Below, in pieces: positions 39,681-51,325 of a stretch of DNA of 64,000 nucleotides. This DNA comes from Mustelus asterias (taxonomy: Eukaryota). A program made the translations under genes and the position numbers. Positions within the stretch are counted from its first letter, which is position 1; the number at the start of each line of letters is the position of its first letter. The notes beneath the pieces are model-generated. The model ran no database searches. It was not told the DNA's origin and saw nothing but the letters and a program-made list of their open reading frames with translations. The stretch spans positions 107,384,001 through 107,448,000 of the forward strand of contig NC_135811.1 of NCBI RefSeq assembly GCF_964213995.1. Direction: 5' to 3'.

Positions 39681-42600
39681 TTTTGGCCACCGTACCTTGG
39701 GTCGGTCCTGTGTCCTCCTCAGGGCTTCTATCGGGGTTTTTTTTCAAACTTTGATAGTTACTATTGGAGGTACAAACACACACACAGGCAGAGAGAGACA
39801 CATACACACACACACGCACACAAAGTAAACAAGACTTTTTTTGTAATCTACCACTTGTCTGTCGATTGGGAATTTCAGCAATGGATGGAGTGGCGCAAAT
39901 CTCAGTGATGTGGATGATATCATTTTTCAAAGAGGCTCGAATTCCGATTTCCGTGCAAATGACTGATGCATGAACCCCGCTTAGTCTGCGGCCGCAGGTT
40001 AACCGACGGCTATCAGTTTGGGACAATATTGTTCGTGGAAAAAAAATCGCGCTGGTTCCAAAGTGAGAGAAGGATGATCGAAACAAAATCACAGATGCTG
40101 TTGCAAAGGTAAGACGGATATTAGGACATATTTTCCAATTGATTTTTTACAATTATGTTCAATGGTTTTGCGCAGAATTTCAGCGAAAAATCTCGCAGAA
40201 AAGGGGGACTTGTTGACGTCACTTAGAAAATATATTTGTTGCATTTTATTCTAATGAGTTTGTGTTTAGAGACTGCAATTTGGATGGGCTGTGGAAAGTT
40301 ATTTTTCCAAATTAGCTAAGAGACCGCAAGTTTTGGAATTGCTATTTTTCCATTTTCGATTCTATTTCACATGTCTGTTATTTAATTAAGGAACCAGTTA
40401 TCCAGAATAGCTGTGGCGTGTTGACAAATGTATACTTGTGTTCGGGGACGGATTTTGCGACATAGTAAGGTTAAATGAGCTTCGCGATTGTTAATCTTTT
40501 CTCGAGGGTCGCTCATTACGCGAACAATTTTATCCAGAACAGCAATTAGAACGGGCAGTGTCACCGAGGCTGACGCACTGACGTATTGTAATTGTGCTGT
40601 AATAGAAATATTTCCTCCTATTGTGTTTCCCGTTTGTTAATAATTTGTTCTGAGCCGAGCTCTTAGTGCTGGAATACAAATTCAAACGTTTACGATATGC
40701 GACAGTTTTTTTTTCTGTTGGACAGCATTAGGGTTTCAGCTTACACTGTTAGTGGATAACAGTCCGATGATATAATATAAGATGGCGTTTAGTTGACCGT
40801 GGTTTAGAATGTTTAGCAACCAAGAGGCCCAGTAGTTCTGCATTGATGTAATATAAATCTATCAGCGTTTTAGCTGGTGGTGGGTGCTGGGGAGGAGGCG
40901 GGATTTGTTGCTCTCTGCTGCCACCTTGCGTTCCATTCGGTCGAGGAAGTCGGGAAATAGGGAGCAAAAGAGACATGCTGCATTTTATCTGCAGAATTTG
41001 CTGCACAGAATATGTTTATATAAGATGTGTGTGTATGGGTGCATGCGGATTTAACTAAACTAAGTTTGCAGCGATTTTCATTTTTGGTCTGTAGCAAGTT
41101 ATATATTTGTTTTCCCTTTATTGCTGCCTCTCTCTCAAAGCAACATTTGCACTAAGTAGAATCGAACCATGAACGTTTGTGATTTGATTTTATTGGCGAT
41201 TCTGTTGAATGGAAAAAATGAGCTCTGTGTATACGTAAAAGAGAAAGTACAGTTAATCATAACCTTGATGTGTCCGAACGCCAATGTATTGTGATGGTCA
41301 GTATCTCTCTCCCAAACACCCTATTTTAATAGCAGCCAATTCGCATTAGACAGAAATGCTTCAGCCGAAAGGGATTGATGAAATCGAATTTTATGTCAAA
41401 GTTAATCTGCAGCTGAGATTTGTAAAATTCCTCTGCATACAGATCTCATAGGAGTACATTTCTGCCTACATCCGATTAGCAGCAAATTGCAGGGCAAGGC
41501 CCGAATTTGTTATGCATCCCTGGGCAGATAGCAATGCTGCAACTCAATTCTGTTATGCGCAAGGCCCCTCATTTGTAGCGTAACCAGACTGGTTATAAAC
41601 GAATTTCTGCCTTTAATGCCCCGACCTATAAGCAATAAACAAGATCCATAGAACTTTCACCGCCCCGTTTAGTTTTACCTTCCCACACTTTCAAAGCGGT
41701 TTTTCTATCCTTTGCCTGACAAATGTATGTTGAAATTGACACGCAAAGTAAACGGCGACTTCGATGGCCAGTAAAAGGAAACATAGTCGGGATGGCAGAA
41801 ATATATAACAGATTTAAACCGAAAATGTTTGGTGAAATTACCAAATATAACGTTTGTTCTTTTATACAATATAGCTTATTTAGTAATTAAAGGTCAGATG
41901 AAAACATTGGTATATTTTAATTACAACTACAGAATTCCTTGGAAATTCAGCATTGGAATGATTGAGCTCCGAATAAGTCAAAATGTTACAATATTTGTCC
42001 CATCTGGTTTTAAAATTCTAACCCTGTCTATACTGATTTTACTTTGTTAAACATAATTATATATACATAAAATGCACGTACATTGATTGGAACTCATCTT
42101 GTTATGTGCAAGGCTTAGAACGATATGAAAAACATGCAGTATCAATCTTTTTCAAAATAAAACATTTGAAACAATATCAACTTAAAGTTACGATATAAAA
42201 ACATACTTGGGGATCTAGATGTTAAAAGAAAGAAAGTTTAGCAAAAGAAATTAAACATCAGATTGCAGCTGATTGGAAGCAGTTGCCCCCGAATATTAAT
42301 GCTATTTGAAAGGTTGAAAGGCATATCCAAACTCATTGTTCAAAGTTTTTCTGGAAATTAGAACAATTATTTTTTTTAAAACTAAAAACTTAGCTCCAGA
42401 TTAAAGTTGGAGACACTTCGTTTGAATCCAGAAACTGCCGCTTCCACAAGCAATTCCAAACTAGGGCTCTCTCAGGTGGAAAAATGTATCACTTTGCCTT
42501 GTATTATAGATTCTCAGCATGCTCAAAGCACTGTTTCTAGAACAAGAAAACAACCCGTTTCTGAAAATGAACCAGTACCAAGAGAGAAGTCTTTCTTTAA

Positions 42601-44411
42601 TTTCTGCCATGTGCTCACTAATCAGTTTATGATTCTTTGAAACAGATGTTTGAAATCAGGAAGTGATGCCTTCCAGAGGAACTGCTAAAAATAAATCCTT
42701 AAAGTCCAACACAAACTCTCTGACACTTGTGGCATTTAATAGTCATAAATGATAAAATAATTATATCTATTGAAAACATATTTATGCATCTTTATATAAA
42801 ATGAAAGTGGCCAAAACTGTTTTTTTTTAAAGAAATCACTAATCACACAAACGGACGCAACATGTCTGCGTATTTTTTAAAAATAAGAACCTTATGGTGA
42901 ATTTGACAAGTAAATTTAAAGCGGGAAACCTAATGGAGCTGACATTTGAACAAATACACATTACGAAATTCAAATATTGCAATGCAAAATATTTTATTTC
43001 TAGAAGACATAGTTTAAGAGTACAACATAATATCAAGTACAGAAATCAGAAGAACAATTTTCAATGATTTCTGAAGTACTGTGTACCCATCTGAATATGT
43101 CGAGACTTCCACCCTGTGCGTAGTCCTAGATATCGCCCGGCTATCTCTTAACACAATAAGTACTTAAGTACTTAACACAATAGACTTTAAGCAATATTCG
43201 CACGTATATGTTTAAATACACGGAATGAGACTATCAATTGTGTACTCACTGATATAAACAGTTACATATCTTCACACTTCAATCAGCGAATGTCCTTCTT
43301 GCTGCTTTTGGACGCAACCATCGTTTCATTTTACAAAGGCGGCAATTATCTAACAAGATGGAGATTTATTGAATTTTTAGCTATTTTCTGCATTGTTCGG
43401 TGTTTGTCTTTTATAGCATTTTTTAAAAAACATGCTGTTCATAATTTTATTCTGGAAATTTTAAAATATAAAATTGGAGATTCTTCGCAGTGAGTGTTTT
43501 GAGTCCTACTCCGCTGGGGATTCCCTTTTGGGTGTTTGGTTTAGTTGTCTTTTCTTTTTGTAAAGTTTCTTCCGTTCGCTTTGTAGTTTCAATTAAAGAT
43601 TAAAAGTTGCTGTTTTGATCCCCTTTTCTGGTGCCTCAAAGTTAAACCGCATCGCTGAACCACATTCTTACACAGAGAAAACTGCAACACAAGCACAACA
43701 AACCACTATCAGGATCTCTGGAGTGTATGATATACAAGTCACCAAGATATTTCTATACATCCAACACAATATGAGAACGAAACTATTATGGTAAATAACA
43801 TTCAGAGCTGGAAATATTAATGGAAACATCTTATGTGTAAAACATACTGAAAGAATCTTGAATTTCACAATCATAATGCAAGCCAGACCAGTGAGGAACA
43901 CAAAACCGACCTCCGATTAAAAAGGGAGAAAGCAATAAAATTGGGTTAATAAGTGTTTAGTGAATTATTATCTGAATACACGGATACTGGATGGCTTTAT
44001 ATTTTGCTTGTCTCTTTAGTTTGAGTGAGTAAATTATTTCACTGTCTGCACAGGCATCTAAACAGATGCACAACTTTCAGCATTCTTATACATCTGATTC
44101 ATTTTAGCAGAGTGAATCTAAAGGTTATGTGTTTCTGTTGATTTTTCTTTTTCTCTCTCTCTATGTTTGGGACTTTTTCCCATCACATGTGCCGGTTTCT
44201 GCTAGCGTCTCTGATTCATGGATAAGTCCCTCATGGGTGCTATTTTCCTATCAAACAGTATTGCCATTGGTCAGTCGATGATCAGATGGTTATATTTCCT
44301 GCTGTCCTTTCTGGCATTTGGCCATCCCGAATCAAACCCATCTCGCTAACTGCTAATAGCACAGGCACTTGGACTAATACACAACAAATCATAACAGAGC
44401 ACAGCCAACAA

Positions 44412-44844
44412 ATGAGTTCGTATTTTGTGAACTCCACTTTCCCGGCGACTCTTGCCAGTGGGCAAGAGTCCTTCCTTGGGCAGATTCCGCTATATTCCTC
44501 CGGTTACGATCCTTTAAGACACTACCCGGCCACATATGGGGTTACAAGCATGCAGGATAAAAACTACCCGTCACCCTCTTACTACCAACAAGCCAACGGA
44601 GCATATGGGTGCAATCGGACACCCTGTGATTACGGTGCCCCTAGTTTTTATCGGGAAAAAGACCCTTCATGCGGCGCCTCTTCTACCAATTCTAAATACC
44701 ACTCACTGGAAGATCCAACGCATTTTAACTCTGAACAACGTAAATACGAGAGTGCACAAAACAGAATTTTATATGGCGAGGTTGATGATCAGAAGAGTTC
44801 GCTTCCCGTGTACCCCTGGATGCAAAGAATGAACTCCAGTGGTG
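44412..44844 (+). CDS. HOXB6: Homeobox protein Hox-B6, exon 1
   Basis: ATG at 44412: [43 protein letters not shown]. Donor GTG|GTAAGT after 44844. Confidence 0.95.
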
Positions 44845-45441
44845 GTAAGTTTACACCTTTATACTTTGCGTTTTACATATTTGTTGAAAGAAAACTTTTC
44901 AATACAAGTTTACATTGAACTTAGCAAGAAATAGATGAGCAGTTAATTTCTTAAACCCCTCTCAGAAAAGAAAATTAAACGTTCGATTATTTCTTTAATA
45001 CATTTCATATTTTGAGATACTGAATAATTCATTAAAACCCGACGTTTAGTACAGAAGATTAATATGCATGTGTATATAAAATGCAACGCTGACCTTTAAA
45101 TATGAGGCATCATCTGTTACTTTACTTTCCCTTAATATTTTACTGTGCAGCCAACAGGCCCACCAGTTATAAAGTCTTAATTGAACAGAATGTAACCATA
45201 CTATGAATGGAAATCATTATTTAACGTTTTAGAATCGCAGGTACTCATCAAACAGTTTATTATCAAACTCAGTAGTTTAACGTATAGCGTCCAATATAAT
45301 CAATGCGATTCACTTGTCATTTATATGCTTCAGTACTATTTCCATATTACGTATAATAATCGACTGTTTTTTTATCCCCCTCTGTCTGTCCATCTGCCTC
45401 TCTGTTCCCTTCTCTCTCCTCCCCTCTTCCTTTACTTTTAA

Positions 45442-45708
<267 letters not shown>

Positions 45709-47808
45709 AAACAACAGAAAGAAAGGGGAACGCTATGCAGTTCTTCAATTAAAAATGAATAATGGATATTAAAAGTTTACATTTTGTTTGCTGTTGCGCA
45801 CCAGTGGAGTTGTACATTTCCGTATTTGTTGTGAGATTTATTATAAAGTTATGCATTCCTTTGGTCTAGCCAAACAGGCAATATTTTACATTGGTGTCAA
45901 TAGTTTAAAAACACTAGGAGTATTCCATGGATTCTGCATCTCAACTGAGCTGTTGCAATATTGTGATTTCTTTGACGTTCGTCTCAGCTCTCAAGTTAAT
46001 GATAGTGGATGTTTTTTTGTGAAATGTGAGCGACTATTTTTGATTTATTTTATCAATGTATGCGTGCGTGTGTGGAAATGTGTGTGTGTGCGTGTGTAAA
46101 TCACACAATGAGGTCTAAATATTGTATTTTGGATTGTTTTCGTAACGGAGAGAGAAAAATAAAAGCAAATATCTTAAAATGGAGTAAGAGGTTATTTTTT
46201 TATTTGTTTTCTGTTAAATTAATGTGATTGTAGCATGCGTGATAATTTTTTTAAAATGAGGCATCTTTATTTGGAATGATAATAAAAAGTTTTTTTCTAA
46301 AAAGAATGTGTATTTCTCAATTTAAGAATCATAATATGCATGAAAACCAATTGATGATTTGACAGACAGACATATTATAAAAACTACATTTTCAATATCT
46401 CTACTCATAGCTTATCCAAGCCTAGATTGCGATCTATCACAAAACAAAAAGTTGACAGTCCTCATTGAATTTCTCGTAATTGATTTATCTCTGATTTCCC
46501 TTCGAATTTAAATTTCATTCCAGTAATCAGCTTATTGCCCGCTTCTAAAAAGCATACTGGATTATAGAAACATTATTGGCTAATGATACCAGGCAAATCT
46601 TTGAAATTCGCAACCAGCATATGCAGAAAGGAAGCACAGGATATTGCGGCTTTTCACAACTGCTTTTCTGGTTTCAAGATATTTTATTCTCCGCTACACA
46701 AGCAAGCGAATGCCTCTCGGCATACGTCTATCTAGATGTGCGTCCCAGTCATGCCACCATCTTATTAACTCACATTTCCTTAAAAAGGAGTTAGAGCTTG
46801 CAGCCATAACGATGCATGCCCGCAAACCCCATCACATTTTGTATAATGCATATTAGAACTTTAATCCTTCCTCACACAATATAAGACAACATTGAGCCCC
46901 CAGAAATGCTGGAGTGCCTGTGCTAATTATTCACCGAACCTCTAGGAGGTGAGTTGTACGAAGGATTTACGCGGACTCGCTAAAAGATCGTAGAACGTTA
47001 GTGGGGTTGTGCTTACTGTATAAAAGAACGCAAATGAAAGAGTCGTGTCTCCAGAATGTTAATTAGCATTGTTAACTTTGGCACTTAAATCAGAAAAATT
47101 GCATGGTAATTTTTTAAAAGAGCATATTAATCCTGAATTGGGGAGGTGATACAAGGTAGTTCAAACATATTTTCTAAGTAGATTCCTTCAAAGCACATTA
47201 ATGAAAAGAAATGTGCTGCTCGAGCAGCCCATGGAGTGCCCCAGGGTACAAATTAGAACTTTCTAAAATTTAGTCTCTCCCTTGTCTTGAAAGAGTCTGT
47301 GCAATTTGAAGATAAAAGTTTTTTTGAAAAAAAAGCATACTTTATACGCAACATTTCATAACGAATGTCAGTCCCGCAAACATACAGGAACGATAAAATT
47401 AGCAAATATCAATGCTTACAACGACAGGACCAAAGGTAAGTCGATGAACGCGCGTACATTTAACTGACTAGTCAAGGATGGCAAGTTAATTGTTTTTAAA
47501 TGTATCTGGTCAAAAAACGAAATAAATTGCTCCACTCCAAGTATAGCTATAAAACGTGATTTCCAATTCAATTGCAAGATAATTGAATAGCCGTTTTATG
47601 TTCAGCATATTTGATTTTTAGCGCTTTTAAACAAATGCACTGTCAAAAGTTAAATAAGATGTGTAACAAAATGCAATGCAATATTGGAAAATATTGATTT
47701 GAGGTAGGTAAATTTAAAAGGTAACTTTTTTGTTGTTTTATTATTTATACAACAATACCAATGTTAATAGATAAGCAATGACATTAATTCGTGTAATTGA
47801 GACGGAGC

Positions 47809-47822
47809 CCAGTAGGTGGCGC
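47809..47822 (+). promoter_or_regulatory. CTCF motif at the Hox6|Hox5 boundary
   Basis: CCAGTAGGTGGCGC is a full consensus match about 290 bp upstream of the HoxB5 ATG, at the position of the known 5|6 CTCF sites of mammalian Hox clusters. Confidence 0.82.
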
Positions 47823-47849
47823 ACTCTGCAAACCTGGCCACCATTTGGA

Positions 47850-48109
47850 ACCTCGCATTCACATGGCGTAACGATTCTCGGATCGTCATTATTTGTAACC
47901 ATAGAGCATGAATTACCCCTTGAGGTCATCAGTGAGAATTTACGACTGGTCAACAAAAGCACGTGATTCCGACTCGCACCCCCCATATTTGGCCGCATAC
48001 ATAGAAGCGAACGAAGTACAGTCATTTCTATAATTCATTAATATATCATAAATCGTGCAGGACTGGGTTATAACGACTAACAACCACAAATCAACCCAAA
48101 AAAACCCAA
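47850..48109 (+). promoter_or_regulatory. Conserved PG5 promoter/5'UTR block
   Basis: TTTGTAACCATAGAGCATGAATTACC..GTCATCAGTGAGAATTTACGACTGGTCAACAAAAGCACGTGATTCC..CATAAATCGTGCA, recalled as highly conserved upstream of Hox5 genes. Confidence 0.7.
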
Positions 48110-48644
48110 ATGAGCTCTTACTTTGTAAACTCATTCTCCGGTCGCTATCAAAATGGCCCGGATTATCAGTTACTTAATTATGGGACGAGCAGCTCCGAGA
48201 ACGGACCATACAGGGATTCAGGCACCATGCATTCAGGCACTTACGGCTACAACTACAATGGTATGGACCTTAGCATCACCCGTTCAGCTTCCTCTAACCA
48301 CTTTGGAGTGGTTAATACAGAAAAGTCCAGAAGCTATCCTCCAGCTACAGAAACCAGGTTCAGGCAAGCAGCGAGCTGCACCCTCTCATCTCCAGAACCC
48401 CTTCCTTGTTCCGGCAAGGACAGTCACGGAGTCAAGGGTTCCCCATCCGACCCGACTACCTCCTCTAGTTCAGCAAGTAATTTTACAGAAATGGACGAGG
48501 CCGGAGCATCCTCGGATGCCGAAGAGGGCACTCCAACCAACAACAACAACCATCCCAGGGCACAGCAAGAACCAGCACAAGCAACAACACCAGAACAGCA
48601 GCCACAAATATTTCCTTGGATGAGAAAACTGCACATTGGCCATG
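48110..48644 (+). CDS. HOXB5: Homeobox protein Hox-B5, exon 1
   Basis: [39 protein letters not shown]. Donor ATG|GTACAC after 48644. Confidence 0.95.
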
Positions 48645-49406
48645 GTACACTTTAATATTGTTTATCACTCTAAATATTGCTCTGTGGTCAGGTAATAATT
48701 CATGGTGTCCTATTGTGCAACCTAGGTGACACAAAATATGAACAATGTGTTTCTTTGCTCTACAGAAACTAAACTAAACATTTTTCCGTAAATTTAATTT
48801 AAATCATTAAACAACAATGTTATAACGTGTGTGTAAATATAATGCGCAATTCGACCAACAGAATTCAGTAAATATTAAAATAATTATATTTAATGCGGAT
48901 AAATTGCAAATATTTTATGGTATATGGGATCCTAGTGTATCGAAAGCTAAGAATTGTGCTGCACAGATCAGCATAATAACAAAGAGAACTGTGCAGCAAC
49001 CCTAGACAGTCAGTATTGCCGTGACCCATTTTCCATGGATCTGCTTGCAATTTCAGACTTTTTTAAAAAATGTATGAACATGTATATGTGCATGTGTGTG
49101 ACTGTTCATATCTGGTATGTGTGTGTGAGAGAGCGTGTGTGTGTGCGTGTGTCTGTGTGTAGATAATTAGAAGAGCAGCCGTCAAGGCACAGGTTACATA
49201 GTCAGACAATGAAAAGGAAAATGATAATTAATAGCAATTCAGATTGGGACAATATACTTTCATTTTGATATACATGTCCGGAGAGGCCGTGGGGGAGATC
49301 ATCTTCCAACTTTCCTAGTGTAAAATATATTTTCAAATGATTTTTTCAAGGAGATAGATAATTCAGCTTGGATTTAAAAAAAACCCCTTCCTGTATTTAT
49401 TAGCAG

Positions 49407-49657
49407 ATGGTATGGGTGGACCCGACGGGAAAAGAGCCAGGACTGCTTATACACGTTTTCAGACGTTGGAGTTGGAAAAAGAGTTCCACTTCAACAGATA
49501 TCTAACCCGACGGCGGAGGATAGAGATTGCCCATGCTCTGTGTCTCTCAGAACGGCAGATCAAGATTTGGTTCCAGAACCGGCGAATGAAATGGAAAAAG
49601 GACAACAAGCTGAAAAGCATGAGTATGACGGCCGGAGCAAGCGCCTTTCAACCCTAA
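49407..49657 (+). CDS. HOXB5: Hox-B5 exon 2 (homeodomain)
   Basis: TAGCAG acceptor (start 49404 or 49407). Encodes [79 protein letters not shown]. Confidence 0.95.
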
Positions 49658-50332
49658 CAAATCAAATGTAAAAATAACAGACACCGTGCACCAGTACTGT
49701 ACAGCGAGGCACCTTTTTCTCCGCGTGTTGTTAAATATTTAAGATGAATTAAACTTTCCTGTGGTACTGCTAACATTTTTTTTCTTTTAACCTGTGTTGT
49801 CTTTCCGCTGTTAAATGCTTGTTGCTGTCTTAAGTATATCTGTGTCAGTGAACTGTTGGTGCTGTCTTGAAAAAGTAGCATGGTTTTTGTGGACTGTAAA
49901 TGGTATAACTTATTTATAATTGACACAAGTTGTACAATTTGATCTTCTTTCCCTCCCACACGCTGATGAAAAGCTGAAATCTTTGCTCTTGCACTATCAC
50001 CTCTGAAAAATATAACCACGTTCTTGTAAGTTCCTGTCCTTAATGCTGTCCGTGATTTTAAGCAACGTCTGTATGTCGAAATTCCATGTAGAATTCTAAT
50101 CTTTGGTAATACATGTGGATAGATTCTGAAATCAGCGATGATTGTACACGATTATTTAGTGAGTTATAATGGTTGTAAATAATACAAAAAAGTTTATAAT
50201 GTTGCCTATAGCTAGTCTGTAATGGGCAGAGTGATAAATGGCATATTTTCTGTGGAAGTGAATGACAACTGTGCTTAGCTCCTACAGTTTGCTGCCAACA
50301 AGCTTTTTGTATTTGTTTGTAGCTTAATTCGA

Positions 50333-50338
50333 AATAAA
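50333..50338 (+). terminator. Candidate poly(A) signal of HoxB5
   Basis: AATAAA about 680 nt after the stop codon, preceded by TGTA/U-rich sequence. Confidence 0.55.
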
Positions 50339-51059
50339 GTAAAAAGTTTCTGATAATCATCCCTTATCTCTGAAGTGTAATATGTTGACAGTAAATACGT
50401 TGGTATCTTATTACCCGGTGCAATGCGTTCTATTGCATCTGGGGAATACCTATTGTTGGTATCTCATATAATAAATATTAGTAGACATTTGAATATTGTT
50501 ACGTGTTTTTGATATCTTAACTTCATGTCCTGTGTGTTTTATAAAGGCACATTAACGACGCACATAATGAATTTTCATTAACATCTATTGATTACTTCTC
50601 GTTTTATCACTTGTAATCACTTCTATAAGATATTATTATAAGGTAACCATACCTGGTTCTATTAGTTTAGCGTTCATGTTGAATCCTAAATCTTATCTAA
50701 GTCTTACTGTTTTGCGTGCGCGGCTGAGTAGCTCGTTTATATTTAAAGTCAGTATTTATGTGAGTTGACTTCTTGCATCTGGATCTAACTGAACCCGTCA
50801 TCTTCTAGATAAACACTTCAACAGGGTTGTTTTCTGTTCGCTGCTGTCGTGTATTTTCGAAAAAAATAGGGTGTCTCGGACTTGATTTCTGCGCCATGTC
50901 CCAAGAGACTTGTACAGTAACAAGGTGTACTGTTTCGAAGTTTGTCTACATGACGAATTATACGCGTTCCTTTTGTAAACCTGGCTTCATTTTTGTGCAA
51001 CAGGTAACCTTTAGTTTAGTTTAAACTCAACTTACCAAATGAACGTCCCAGTACTTATC

Positions 51060-51325
51060 GGTAGCTGATAAGTCACACAGCAAATATTAGGTCTATCCTG
51101 CAAAGTGCCTGCTTCCCTTGTGAATATAACAAACTACATATACAAGAAGTCGGTATGACATTGGGATGTCAAATGAATTGGGTATTTATCTCAAAGTTAG
51201 ATCGTAAAAATCGCCCATACCGCAGGCAGATACCCCTACTGGCTCTCAAAAGTCACGTGGGGTCGTTAAAGTTAGTTTTATGGTTCTGGGGAGTTGACAA
51301 GGTACAATATATTTCACATTCTGTG
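51060..51325. promoter_or_regulatory. Conserved element 3' of HoxB5 (promoter-like)
   Basis: TTAGATCGTAAAAATCG, GTCACGTGG, GTTAGTTTTATGG, GAGTTGACAA..ATATTTCACATT. Recalled as shared among Hox5-Hox4 intervals. Confidence 0.62.

Noticed and set aside
39547-40092. 181-aa minus-strand ORF
   Set aside because: Non-ATG start, runs through a conserved element and a CA-rich repeat, and has no recognisable protein features.
44286-44411. 42-codon in-frame N-terminal extension of HoxB6
   Set aside because: The ATG lies within the promoter CAGATG E-box, probably upstream of the transcription start; the conserved MSSYF start is at 44412.
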